Shown here: in pieces, positions 39,013 to 48,618 of the stretch
How the letters are laid out: each line of letters opens with the position of its first letter
How positions within the stretch are numbered: position 1 is the stretch's first letter
From: a virus
Taxonomy: Duplodnaviria; Caudoviricetes
IMG/VR virus record: IMGVR_UViG_3300012983_000001
Coordinates: 64,001 to 128,000 of that record
DNA length: 64,000 nucleotides
Strand: one strand, 5' to 3'
Notes under the pieces: generated by a model
The model's input: only the letters and a program-made list of their open reading frames with translations
Database searches by the model: none
Told to the model about the DNA's origin: nothing
Program-made: the position numbers and the translations under genes

Positions 39013-40375
39013 TGTCTTCTTCCTCCTCATTATAGATTTTTGAGATATGAGCTTTCAACGTTGTTTCATTTATACATAACACTGTCCACTCAGTATCGTA
39101 TTGATTAGATAATCCTGATAACTTAGGGACAGTTACAATGTACGTTCCGTACTTTTGAAGCGCATTTACGGCTGTCAAAAAGTGGCTCCAATCTACAACC
39201 ATAACGTCTTCAAACTTCATGTAGTCTTCAAATACTTCGGTCAGGTCTTCTGTCTGATTATTGTATCTATTACTAATATACAATACTTTGAAGTCTAAGT
39301 CTACATAGTTTTTATATATTATTCCTTTTACGGGAAACTGTTGCTTGATTTTCTTAAACTCTATTGTATATGTAATAGTAAACCAGTTCCAGCCTTCTTT
39401 AGTTACATCATAAGAGTTAATTACACAATCTCGCCAGTTAAGCTTTATCCTATGACCACTAGGATATACTAGAAACACTACAACGTTGTTAGGGTCATAC
39501 GCATTGCCAACTTCGATTGGTAAACCTTCGTACCAAGCATTCAGCCATATTGTTTCATGTACCGTATAAGGTACTATCATAATGGCTTCCAACAATCTAT
39601 ATCCTATTCGGATATTACCTTCATTACCTTCAGTAACGACAGGTAAGTCTATAAAAAACCATTCATCTGACGTTAAGACTCTAGTTTCTGTAGTATCAAT
39701 CGCTATTAAAAACACACCTTCGGCTCTGACTTCTTCTGCAAAGATGCGGTCACCAAGAGTTTTAATTTCACCAATATAATTTGCTTCCAGTGAAAGCAGT
39801 TTAGGAATGCCGATAACAATAAACTCTAACGGCCACGAGGTTTTTGTCGCAGGGTCAATATAAACACCTGTTTTAAGATTTTCTCCAGTCTGTGTGATTT
39901 GACAGTATTCGAAAATACAATCCTGCGGGGATATATTTAATGTTGTACCATTACTCATTTCTGCCGTAATAAGCAAATCCTTTGGATTATATTCGTCTGT
40001 AATTTCAATATCCAGACCAGTATATATCGTTGTAATGCTAACGATAGAAGGCTGAAATGTAATTTCGTAATTGATACAGATTTCTTGAGTAACAACACCC
40101 TGAGTTGGGTCATTGATATCACGAGCATATGAGCCATATAGACTAATGACGCAAGGTCTTGAAATTGTCATAGCAATTATTCCACTTGCGTCACTATACT
40201 CTGTAATCAATGTTGTTAAGTCAGGCATCGTGCCATCGTATGTTATACCATATTGGATAGATAAGTTTTCGCCTTTACATTGTTCACCATTGTCATCATA
40301 GCCTCGGATAACAATAGTGAATACTTCTGTTTGGGTTAGCCATTTATCTACTGCTGGTGATATTACTAATGCCAT
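38981..40375 (-). CDS. Virion protein with bacterial Ig-like repeats (paralog of 14841-16571)
   Basis: Three repeats of the A.Y.G..I..G..Y.P..V.V...Y..G type. Confidence 0.65.
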   Translation of the reverse strand: MALVISPAVDKWLTQTEVFTIVIRGYDDNGEQCKGENLSIQYGITYDGTMPDLTTLITEYSDASGIIAMTISRPCVISLYGSYARDINDPTQGVVTQEICINYEITFQPSIVSITTIYTGLDIEITDEYNPKDLLITAEMSNGTTLNISPQDCIFEYCQITQTGENLKTGVYIDPATKTSWPLEFIVIGIPKLLSLEANYIGEIKTLGDRIFAEEVRAEGVFLIAIDTTETRVLTSDEWFFIDLPVVTEGNEGNIRIGYRLLEAIMIVPYTVHETIWLNAWYEGLPIEVGNAYDPNNVVVFLVYPSGHRIKLNWRDCVINSYDVTKEGWNWFTITYTIEFKKIKQQFPVKGIIYKNYVDLDFKVLYISNRYNNQTEDLTEVFEDYMKFEDVMVVDWSHFLTAVNALQKYGTYIVTVPKLSGLSNQYDTEWTVLCINETTLKAHISKIYNEEEEDNGEETNIHNN

Positions 40376-40379
40376 TTAA

Positions 40380-41489
40380 TCACCCCTTGTAATTCTTGAA
40401 TCCCTTAATAGAACCATCATAGAGATGAGGAATAAAACCTACACCTGAAACATTGGATTCATTCTGGTCCCAGTAATGTTCGTTCCAATGAAAGTGGTCC
40501 CAAAAGATAGGGGATTCAGAATTCAGAATATCAATGTATTGCTTTAATTTGCTCTTTGGTTTTCCTTCAACCGTAAAGAGTTCGTTATAAAGTTTGATGT
40601 CATCACGGTTATGAAGCTGATGCATTTCTAATCCGTATACATAGCTTATTTTACAGTTTTTACGGATTTTCTTATCGGTAAAACCTTTCAGCAATACTGT
40701 GCCAGCTGCTGTCAGGAATACTCTGGATTGGTCAATGTATTCACCGTCAACTGTAATAGAATTCAATACAATCATTGCATCTTCTAGTTCTAAATCTCTG
40801 TCTGGATTGGTCCAGATAATATTACGTCTGGTTGCCAGCTCACGTCCGATACCGTTAATAAGACCATCTCTGCTAGAGTTTGCTTTATTAGTGAATACAT
40901 CCATAATACGTTTCTTATATTCAATGTTAGGTTCTTCTGGTAATCGTGGACATGATACCAAAGCTCCAAGCTCATCGAAGAAATTCCATACTTGATGAGG
41001 AACAAGAGGACGAACATGTTCTGTTCCGTCTTTAAAGATAAGCTTGATTTTTCCATTATCGTTAATAGCATCGGCGTTAAATTTCTGTCTTACATAGATA
41101 ATATTACGCTTTTCGTCGGCATAGTAAAGCTCAAACGAATGCATATTAACATCACGAATACCATTCTGGTCAATACCAAAGAATTGTTTTAACGAATCAG
41201 CTTTGATAAGCGCAGTGTTATTTGCAAAGACAGATTGAAGTTCCGATACCTTCAGCGGCATCGGAACTATTGTCTTATAACAGAAATCGACTTGACTTAT
41301 GTCAGCTGTATTAATATAGCATTGACGGTAAGCATAGTCTATAACATATCTGGCATCATCTAATTCGAGACCACATATGTTTAAGAATCTTGCCCCGATA
41401 CTGTCCTCAGATTCTTTACGAATCTTGAACCAATGAGGCAATGCATTCAATATAGCATTTGTATGTCTAGCGAATGTTAAATCAGCCAT
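40380..41489 (-). CDS. Baseplate wedge-associated protein (P2 gpI-like motif)
   Basis: NALPHWF and FDELGALVSCPRLPEEPNIEYKKRI motifs; position downstream of baseplate J. Confidence 0.55.
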   Translation of the reverse strand: MADLTFARHTNAILNALPHWFKIRKESEDSIGARFLNICGLELDDARYVIDYAYRQCYINTADISQVDFCYKTIVPMPLKVSELQSVFANNTALIKADSLKQFFGIDQNGIRDVNMHSFELYYADEKRNIIYVRQKFNADAINDNGKIKLIFKDGTEHVRPLVPHQVWNFFDELGALVSCPRLPEEPNIEYKKRIMDVFTNKANSSRDGLINGIGRELATRRNIIWTNPDRDLELEDAMIVLNSITVDGEYIDQSRVFLTAAGTVLLKGFTDKKIRKNCKISYVYGLEMHQLHNRDDIKLYNELFTVEGKPKSKLKQYIDILNSESPIFWDHFHWNEHYWDQNESNVSGVGFIPHLYDGSIKGFKNYKG

Positions 41490-41492
41490 ATA

Positions 41493-42044
41493 TTACGCCT
41501 CGCTTTCTTCTCCTGTTGTGATATCTGGAAGAACATTACCTAATGTGCTGGCAAGCAGCTTCTGATATTTTGCTATTAACTCAGTTATTGCAGTTTCTTT
41601 GGATGTAATAGTTGCCAAATGTGCGGCAATAGTTTCATTTTTCTTAGCGATTGTCGCCAGATGTTCTGTAATAGTAGCTTCTTTTTCAACAAGTGTTGTT
41701 CTAATAGAAGCAATCAATTGTTCTTTCTGAGCCAGCACTATTTCCATATGGCGAAGTCTTTCAATTTGATAATTTTCTTCATTGCCGATGAGAATAATTT
41801 TATATTGTTCTCCATCATCAACTGGTGGAGTTTTATAAGAGAAACCATCCCAAGATTCAGTCGATTCGTCATCAAGAACTTTTGTAATTACACTAGTATT
41901 ATTCATAAAGAGACTCTTAAGAGACACAAAATCTATTGCATCATAAGGAACCAAGATAACTGCTGTAAGAACATTAGTAGTTTCATCTCTTTCTGTGTAA
42001 GCATTATTTACTGCTAATTCAATTTCGTTTACGATTAAATACAT
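41493..42044 (-). CDS. Coiled-coil protein downstream of the tail fibre (possible fibre chaperone)
   Basis: 14-aa repeats ATITEHLATIAKKN/ETIAAHLATITSKE; start ATG 42044 with AAAGGTG RBS. Confidence 0.5.
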   Translation of the reverse strand: MYLIVNEIELAVNNAYTERDETTNVLTAVILVPYDAIDFVSLKSLFMNNTSVITKVLDDESTESWDGFSYKTPPVDDGEQYKIILIGNEENYQIERLRHMEIVLAQKEQLIASIRTTLVEKEATITEHLATIAKKNETIAAHLATITSKETAITELIAKYQKLLASTLGNVLPDITTGEESEA

Positions 42045-42061
42045 AAATTCACCTTTCCTTT

Positions 42062-43840
42062 CTATGCCAATGCTGTCCATGCACCGTCTTTGTAGATTTT
42101 AATTACCTTGTTTGCTGTGTCTACCCATACTGCTGTAGTATCTGTTGGAGCAGAGGTTGCTTGTACCACTTTTGCGGAGTTGCCGTCATGGTGGAGTGAG
42201 TAAGACGTTACTAAATCATTTTTTGTAAATACTGGATTATTAACACCTGTCATGCCCAAAAAACCAAGGTCAGTATCATCTCGAAAACCAATCCATGCTT
42301 TTCTACTACCGTTGTTACCCTTGACTACAAGTGGGTAATGGTCTTTACCATCTCCAATTACTCCACCGTTCTTTACCAAAGCATACTCGCCTACGTTGCC
42401 CTCATGGAGTAAATATCTTAAAGCGGAAGTAGCACCGTCTATATAAACTGGTTTATCCCAATAAAAGCCCAAATAGCCGAGTAAACCAGTTTTACTGTTA
42501 AAATTCACATAGCAACTTTCATCGGTAAGTGAATTTTTTATTCCGAAAGGGTGCGGTGTCTGTGCTTCTACAATTCCTCCACCACTCAAAGACAGATAAT
42601 GTAACGGATTGTTGTCTACCCATTCGGTATACATATTGGTGTTATATACTACGCAAGAATAAGAATGGTTACAGTGTGTCATTGATTTAACAGTTAAAAT
42701 ACCATATATTGCACTATATGTTGGATTAAATACCCGTTCCCATTCAATCATTACTCCAACCGCATCTTCAAAAGGCATGATGATATTATCGTTTTCAAAT
42801 GACGCAAACGTGTAAGTACCACTCGGATAATTAGATATTATCACTCTAATATCAGTAGGTGTGGTAATTGCACTGGTATCTAGTACTCTTCTATCGTTCT
42901 TGTTCTGATAATTCGCAAGTGCGGCAACAAGGTCATCTTGTGACACTAACACGTTCCAGCCACTCCATGTAACTCCAGAATAAGAATTAATTGCAACCCA
43001 ACCTTTAACTTCATGAAGTAATATAACCTCTATTGAAGTTTGATTACGCTTGGTAATAATTACAGAAGAGTAATACCATTCATTTCCAGAAGGTAAATCT
43101 TCACCAGCATAATTTTGGCCACTAAGCATGTAATAATACATACCTGTACCTAGTTCAATAGCTTTCTCTAAAATAGAGGTACTAATTGTATCGGTTGCCA
43201 TTGATTTTGCTTGTCCATTTTTAGGTAAGTAATTTTCTAAAGCACTTGCTTCTGCTTTGGAGTTTACACTAGTTTGTAAAGTATCTATTAAAGCTTTCAA
43301 AGCAACACCTTGAGCTGCGGACAAAGGCTTATCACTTACATTAGTAGTTAAATCATTAATAATGTCTGCTACATTGACCTTTGAAGTAGTAACAGACTCG
43401 ATAAGAGTCTTGTTGGCTTTAATATAAGCAACGATTTCACTTAATTGGTCCAATGTAGTGTCATCACTATCAGCTAAAGCATTCAGTCTATCACTAATAC
43501 CTGTAATTAAAGTTCTAATATCATTATGGGATGCTGTAGAGATGTTATGAGATGTAATCTGATTTGCCGCGGTACCACTTACGTCTGCTCCTATGTCAGC
43601 AGCGGATAATGTAATATCTGATGATAAAGCTTTATTGTTTACAGTTCTTGTGGTTGGCACTTTATCATTAAGAGCAATGTTCACTTCATCAATAGTGCTT
43701 GATAAATCTGATATAGCTTTAGCAACTTCTGCAAAAGTATCCATGCCCTCAGGAGCTTGTTCTTTTAAGCATAGAACTTCGTTCTCAATCGCCTTATGAT
43801 GCTCACGAAGTTTCTTACCGAGTTCTTTATAGTCAGTCAC
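42062..43840 (-). CDS. Tail fibre protein
   Basis: MDTFAEVAKA, KVPTTRTVNNKALSSDITLSAADIGA, TLDQLSEIVAYIK and KPLSAAQGVALK fibre motifs; two knob-like segments ending W..W; duplicated GG...LG.LG...P...H.GN units. Confidence 0.85.
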   Translation of the reverse strand: MTDYKELGKKLREHHKAIENEVLCLKEQAPEGMDTFAEVAKAISDLSSTIDEVNIALNDKVPTTRTVNNKALSSDITLSAADIGADVSGTAANQITSHNISTASHNDIRTLITGISDRLNALADSDDTTLDQLSEIVAYIKANKTLIESVTTSKVNVADIINDLTTNVSDKPLSAAQGVALKALIDTLQTSVNSKAEASALENYLPKNGQAKSMATDTISTSILEKAIELGTGMYYYMLSGQNYAGEDLPSGNEWYYSSVIITKRNQTSIEVILLHEVKGWVAINSYSGVTWSGWNVLVSQDDLVAALANYQNKNDRRVLDTSAITTPTDIRVIISNYPSGTYTFASFENDNIIMPFEDAVGVMIEWERVFNPTYSAIYGILTVKSMTHCNHSYSCVVYNTNMYTEWVDNNPLHYLSLSGGGIVEAQTPHPFGIKNSLTDESCYVNFNSKTGLLGYLGFYWDKPVYIDGATSALRYLLHEGNVGEYALVKNGGVIGDGKDHYPLVVKGNNGSRKAWIGFRDDTDLGFLGMTGVNNPVFTKNDLVTSYSLHHDGNSAKVVQATSAPTDTTAVWVDTANKVIKIYKDGAWTALA

Positions 43841-43843
43841 TTT

Positions 43844-44605
43844 TTATTCCTCCTCTACTTCGTATTTCACACAATGCTGTTGAAACAATTCGTTGTTGTC
43901 AAAAATCTTTTTAACTTCTTTCCGTATTCTTTCTGAGATTAAAGAAATAGCATTTGCGCCACCATATACGCCAGCTGTTGTTTTAGCGATATTAACTGGC
44001 ATATATGTTGATTGGTTAATATCGTCTTTAATACAATTAGTAATAGTGCTGGAATTAGTCACGATAGAAAATGCATTAGTATTATATAAGCAATTACGAA
44101 ATGTGCCTCTACCTGAACCTACACATCCTGTGATGCCTTTAGCGTTAAATGTACAGTTAATAAATGTCTTGTTCGAGATAAAATCATTTTGCGAATTATG
44201 TAAAAAGAAAAATACGTAATTTGGTTTTAGTCCATCTTTAGATACATTGAATATGCAGTTTTCAAAAGTGACTTTAGTTGCATCTGTCCAGTATGCCATA
44301 ACATATCTTGTAGTTGCATAAACTGGCATATCGTTTGCGCATTCAAATTTAATCTTAAGAAAATGTACTGGACCTTTAAAATTTAACATGTTACCTGGCT
44401 TGTGCAAATAAATAGTCGTATAAATACCTTTACCAACCCAGGTAATAGTTGTATTTGCTTTTGACATTAAATACATTGCTTCAATGTCATATTCTCCGTC
44501 TGATATGTAGATTACTGGATTAGTTGTATTAACTAATGCCAGAGCTTTTTCTATGGTGTCAACATCTGTATTCTTAGCTATGGTAATTGTTTGTGTGTAA
44601 CTCAT
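43844..44605 (-). CDS. Pectin-lyase-like beta-helix protein (possible receptor-binding protein or depolymerase)
   Basis: TIEKALA...VIYISDGEYD...GKG..T start; repeated TFENCIF/TFINCTF/TFRNCLY/TITNC rungs. Confidence 0.6.
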   Translation of the reverse strand: MSYTQTITIAKNTDVDTIEKALALVNTTNPVIYISDGEYDIEAMYLMSKANTTITWVGKGIYTTIYLHKPGNMLNFKGPVHFLKIKFECANDMPVYATTRYVMAYWTDATKVTFENCIFNVSKDGLKPNYVFFFLHNSQNDFISNKTFINCTFNAKGITGCVGSGRGTFRNCLYNTNAFSIVTNSSTITNCIKDDINQSTYMPVNIAKTTAGVYGGANAISLISERIRKEVKKIFDNNELFQQHCVKYEVEEE

Positions 44606-44616
44606 AATATCACCTC

Positions 44617-45435
44617 TTATACAATTACGACATTATCAACGTCTTTGGATACAATAAATCTTTCAAACCATCTACAAGACTGATTTACATATAATGCTCG
44701 TTCACCGTTTATCTTAAATTGCACATTGGATTCCTGAATAATGTCAGGAGATACGTCCATAATAACTTGTGTAAGCTTATCAATAATAATATCTTCACCG
44801 ATGCTAAGATTAGATAAGTACTTACTTAATGCAAGCTGAACGTTATATCTAATCTCCTGTTTTTCAATGTCAGACAAAGTATCGTTTAAATGTAATCTTT
44901 GTTTAATAGACACGTATGTCAGTGTCGGACTAACTACATTATAGCGAATACCATATCCGTGAACATCCAATAGTTTCTTTCGTACTGTTTCTAAGATACC
45001 AGTAGAAGTAACATCTTCATCAGATAATATGATAACAGTAAAAGAACCTGCCCCCATAGAGTATGGCTTAAGGATAACATCCTTGACACCATCTACAGTT
45101 AACGCCGTTAAGCGAATAGCAGTTTCATTTGAAGTAGCCAACGTAAGACATTGATTCGTAATTCTGTATCGGTAATTATCATCTGTTTCCTCTTTAAGCC
45201 TTGTGCATTGTAACAGTACACCGATAGCATCTAATGCTGCGCCATCTGCTGTTGTTACGAAAGCTCTAATATGATTGACTGTAAGAGTATTATAGAGATT
45301 GGCAATATTTTTGTTGACAATGTTCATGAATAATTTTGCTATTGCACCAGGAGCAGTAGAAAATCCAATGGCTTGTAAATCACTGGTTGCTTCTGTTTTA
45401 AGTTCTTCAAAAGTCTTAGTATTTAATACTATCAA
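44617..45435 (-). CDS. Baseplate J-like wedge protein
   Basis: TADGAALDAIG...ETDDNYRYRI...VDGVKDV...GAGSFTVII motifs. Confidence 0.9.
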   Translation of the reverse strand: MIVLNTKTFEELKTEATSDLQAIGFSTAPGAIAKLFMNIVNKNIANLYNTLTVNHIRAFVTTADGAALDAIGVLLQCTRLKEETDDNYRYRITNQCLTLATSNETAIRLTALTVDGVKDVILKPYSMGAGSFTVIILSDEDVTSTGILETVRKKLLDVHGYGIRYNVVSPTLTYVSIKQRLHLNDTLSDIEKQEIRYNVQLALSKYLSNLSIGEDIIIDKLTQVIMDVSPDIIQESNVQFKINGERALYVNQSCRWFERFIVSKDVDNVVIV

Positions 45436-45441
45436 CTAAAC

Positions 45442-45876
45442 TCACCTCCTTGGTTGCCATCCGAATCGTATAAAGACACCTTTCACTAAATCAAGTTCAG
45501 CAACAATCTCATAAGAGTATGTGTCTTCTGTTTCGGACTGATATAATTTGAGATATATAGAGTAAGTGATATTTGTATTGTTCTTGATTTCTGACTTAAT
45601 AAAGATATCGTTATCATCCCATAAGCCATCAAATACCAGAACATCAATAATTTTTAATTTGCCATATTCAGCAACTTCCTGCGTACACGGTCTGCCGATA
45701 ATCTCTTCTAAGTCTGCGCCGACTTCATCTACAAACCAGTTGTTTGCAATAGACTTAATACGATTATAGGCTAACTGAATACGGAAGTCATCATCTTGAG
45801 TGGCTTGTATGTCATGTGTGAATTTATCTACGATGATTTCACCATCTGTTGTTAATCTAAAATCAAATCCTGTCAT
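45442..45876 (-). CDS. Baseplate gp25/gpW-like sheath initiator
   Basis: D..LT.DGEI...RIKS...W....GADLEEIIG pattern; immediately upstream of baseplate J. Confidence 0.7.
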   Translation of the reverse strand: MTGFDFRLTTDGEIIVDKFTHDIQATQDDDFRIQLAYNRIKSIANNWFVDEVGADLEEIIGRPCTQEVAEYGKLKIIDVLVFDGLWDDNDIFIKSEIKNNTNITYSIYLKLYQSETEDTYSYEIVAELDLVKGVFIRFGWQPRR

Positions 45877-45887
45877 TATTAAGCCCC

Positions 45888-47594
45888 CTATTTTTCTTTG
45901 TTATATAAATCTATATCAAATGCATATTCGATATCCCAGCTAATAGTAGAGTTTTCACTAATACAATGGTCATGACCAGGTGTGACTGCATAGAATTGAA
46001 TCTGTCTTACATCATCAGATACAGTGAAGTTCTTAGTAATCTTATTCTCACTGGAACCAAAGTTGCCACTGAAAGCAGTAATCACTTTATTATTTCCATT
46101 GGAGTCATATAGTGTAAAATCTACTCTATCTGAGCTGTTACTATGTCCACTACCAACTTTCACTTTCAGTGTTACTTTTGAGATATAACAGCCTTTGATT
46201 TTATCGCTAATGTCACTTGTGAATGCACCATCTTCACCGACGATTTCAAATGTACCAGTACCTGCAAATGCTCCATCAGAACCATAGATAATACTGGTTC
46301 CTGCACATGAATTACTCAAGCCTTTTTCATCAGTAGTGGTAGCCATAAATACATAAATACTAGGTTGCTTATATATTACATTATATACCGTTTCAGAAAG
46401 TTTTGTCAATTCAACATCGGATGCATTTTCAGATACACATTGTAATGTTGTTGTTACCATACCAGCCTCTGGGTCTACACCTGGAGTGATGGTAATATTG
46501 CCAGTTTCTGTACCTGTAGATGTAACAATGCGACCATTATTGTTATAAGTAAATGTCATCGTAGGAGCAGTAGGTATTTGGTTTTCATGCCATACCGCAT
46601 ACAAGATAGCAACCTTGCCTTTGCCAGCAAGATTAGTATTAACTGCTTCACCAGGTTTATATGTGGCGGTAGTAGCGGTGTGACTTGCGCTCCAGCCCAT
46701 AAAATCCATAACTGCATTTGGATGAGACGGAATGGTATTGATAATGTTAAATGCTTCATCATATTTGATTTCTTGTTTATAAGCAATATGCTTTTCTAAG
46801 TTAACAACATAGACAATATTGTAAAAATCGCTCTCGGCTTTTAAGCTACCAGCAACGCCGAAAATAGTTACTCCCTCTCGAATATTAGACGATATCAAAT
46901 CTTCATCGCCTTCAATTGTCACCTTGCTTAAAAGATAATCCTGGTCTGGTTCAACTATTATTTGTCGTGCTGAAGGTGTAACTGTTTTTTCTTGTGTGTC
47001 AGCTTCAAGGTCACCTGTTACACCAAAGATAGTAACTCCTTTCTTAATGTTCTCTGGAATCAAGTCTTCATCACCTTCGATAAATACTCTACTTAACAGG
47101 TAATCGTCATTATCGGGTGTAACTACTACCATTTTAGCAGAAGGCGTTCCAGTCTTCTCCTGTATTTTAGGGTCCTTTAATTCACCAGTAACGCCAAAGA
47201 TAGTCACACCTTCTTTGATGTTACCTGGTGTTAAGTTTGCATCGCCTTCAATAAAAACCCTACTCAATACATGATTATCGTCTGGTTCTATAATAGTTAG
47301 ATGCTGAGCAGGAAAACCTGTTTTTTCTTGAGTCTGGATTCTAACATTACCTTTATTGTGCCAGCCTTCTGTAACGTCAATTGTTGCACATTCTTCGCAA
47401 AGAATAGCGTCTACACTTATGGCCTCGTCGGTAGTGTTAACAACCTTGATTTTATCAATGAAGTCTGGTAATTGACTAACGGTCATGCTAGATTGTTCTG
47501 GTAATCCAATCGCTTTGTATTTACTGTTAATGGATTTTAGGGCCTTATCTAAATAGCCCTTTACTAATCTTAATTCACTAGACAGTGTTCCCAT
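45888..47594 (-). CDS. Tail fibre/accessory protein with three tandem repeats and an InlB B-repeat-like domain
   Basis: 3x QEKT..P.....PD....LS.V.IEGD..L...NI..GVTIFGV.G.L; FMGWS......Y.PG...LYAVW. Confidence 0.7.
   Translation of the reverse strand: MGTLSSELRLVKGYLDKALKSINSKYKAIGLPEQSSMTVSQLPDFIDKIKVVNTTDEAISVDAILCEECATIDVTEGWHNKGNVRIQTQEKTGFPAQHLTIIEPDDNHVLSRVFIEGDANLTPGNIKEGVTIFGVTGELKDPKIQEKTGTPSAKMVVVTPDNDDYLLSRVFIEGDEDLIPENIKKGVTIFGVTGDLEADTQEKTVTPSARQIIVEPDQDYLLSKVTIEGDEDLISSNIREGVTIFGVAGSLKAESDFYNIVYVVNLEKHIAYKQEIKYDEAFNIINTIPSHPNAVMDFMGWSASHTATTATYKPGEAVNTNLAGKGKVAILYAVWHENQIPTAPTMTFTYNNNGRIVTSTGTETGNITITPGVDPEAGMVTTTLQCVSENASDVELTKLSETVYNVIYKQPSIYVFMATTTDEKGLSNSCAGTSIIYGSDGAFAGTGTFEIVGEDGAFTSDISDKIKGCYISKVTLKVKVGSGHSNSSDRVDFTLYDSNGNNKVITAFSGNFGSSENKITKNFTVSDDVRQIQFYAVTPGHDHCISENSTISWDIEYAFDIDLYNKEK
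46842..47330 (-). repeat. Three imperfect ~53-codon intragenic tandem repeats
   Basis: Visible at both protein and DNA level. Confidence 0.85.
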
Positions 47595-48607
47595 TACTCT
47601 ACCTCCAATATTCCTCTTGCTTCGAATAATTCCTTATCGAAATCTTCACTGATACTTACTAATGTATTATATACATTGTTTAAGTCTTCTGGTGTCAATG
47701 TATTTTGGTTAACATCATCATAATAGTCTTGCTTGAATGTAAGATATCCCTTAATCTTTGATTGTAAAGCTAAAAATCTTATATCATCTCCAGTGGTTTT
47801 CGATGTATATTCAATACAAAGCTTAAGTTCTTCTACCTGGTCATCTATCTTTTTAAACAAATCAATAATGGAGTTAATTTTCATGATATCGCCAATATTG
47901 ATATTATCTTTCTCAGGCTCTTTAATCATGAAGTCTTTTAAGGACACTCCATTGAACCAAAAGTCTAATCCATAGAATTCAATCGTCTTGTTACAAGGAC
48001 AGATACGGATACCAATATTATTTGATACAAATATGTCGATATCGCCGTTTTCCTTAAGTTTAACTGTTGATTTTGTATCAAGATTGGTCATACCCTGTTC
48101 CGATGGTTTGTATTTGTTCAGAGCGTTTAAAAGCTCATGAACATACTTAGTAACATCAATATTTGTATAATCACCAAGGTCATTCTTATATTTTGCTGGG
48201 TTATTGTTCGTGCTATCAATCCAGCTTTCTATCATAGGAATAATAACAGGTTTATCTTGATGTAAAATACTTGTGTCGATTAAATACGCTCCTTGGTCTC
48301 CATTGGTCTTGTTACTATAATTACTACCTATCATACCAGTAATAAGTGGTGAATAAATATTATTATTGATAAAAGTGATACTACAGGACTGGCCTGGATG
48401 AAAGCCAGCCCCTGTAAGACCACCCAATGTATTGGCAATCGGTACGTTATCTCGATATAATATTCCTTCACCATTAGGATTTAAGTAACGAATTTTAGCA
48501 GTATTACTTGTGTAATGATATTCAATGATAGTTGCTGTGGCATCATTGAACTGCTGTGCATTATTTTCTTGTATTTGTTTATTCAGCGTATCTTTAATAA
48601 TACCCAT
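47594..48607 (-). CDS. Baseplate central spike (gpV/gp5 OB-fold-like)
   Basis: TAKIRY...NVPI...G.....PGQSCSITFINN..SPLI.G OB pattern and STVKLKENGDIDI beta repeat; lies between hub and wedge genes. Confidence 0.65.
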   Translation of the reverse strand: MGIIKDTLNKQIQENNAQQFNDATATIIEYHYTSNTAKIRYLNPNGEGILYRDNVPIANTLGGLTGAGFHPGQSCSITFINNNIYSPLITGMIGSNYSNKTNGDQGAYLIDTSILHQDKPVIIPMIESWIDSTNNNPAKYKNDLGDYTNIDVTKYVHELLNALNKYKPSEQGMTNLDTKSTVKLKENGDIDIFVSNNIGIRICPCNKTIEFYGLDFWFNGVSLKDFMIKEPEKDNINIGDIMKINSIIDLFKKIDDQVEELKLCIEYTSKTTGDDIRFLALQSKIKGYLTFKQDYYDDVNQNTLTPEDLNNVYNTLVSISEDFDKELFEARGILEVE

Positions 48608-48618
48608 AACTTCACTCC

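Noticed and set aside
23575-47594. Diversity-generating retroelement targeting the fibres or lectin domain
   Set aside because: No reverse transcriptase and no near-identical TR/VR pair differing at adenines seen in this window
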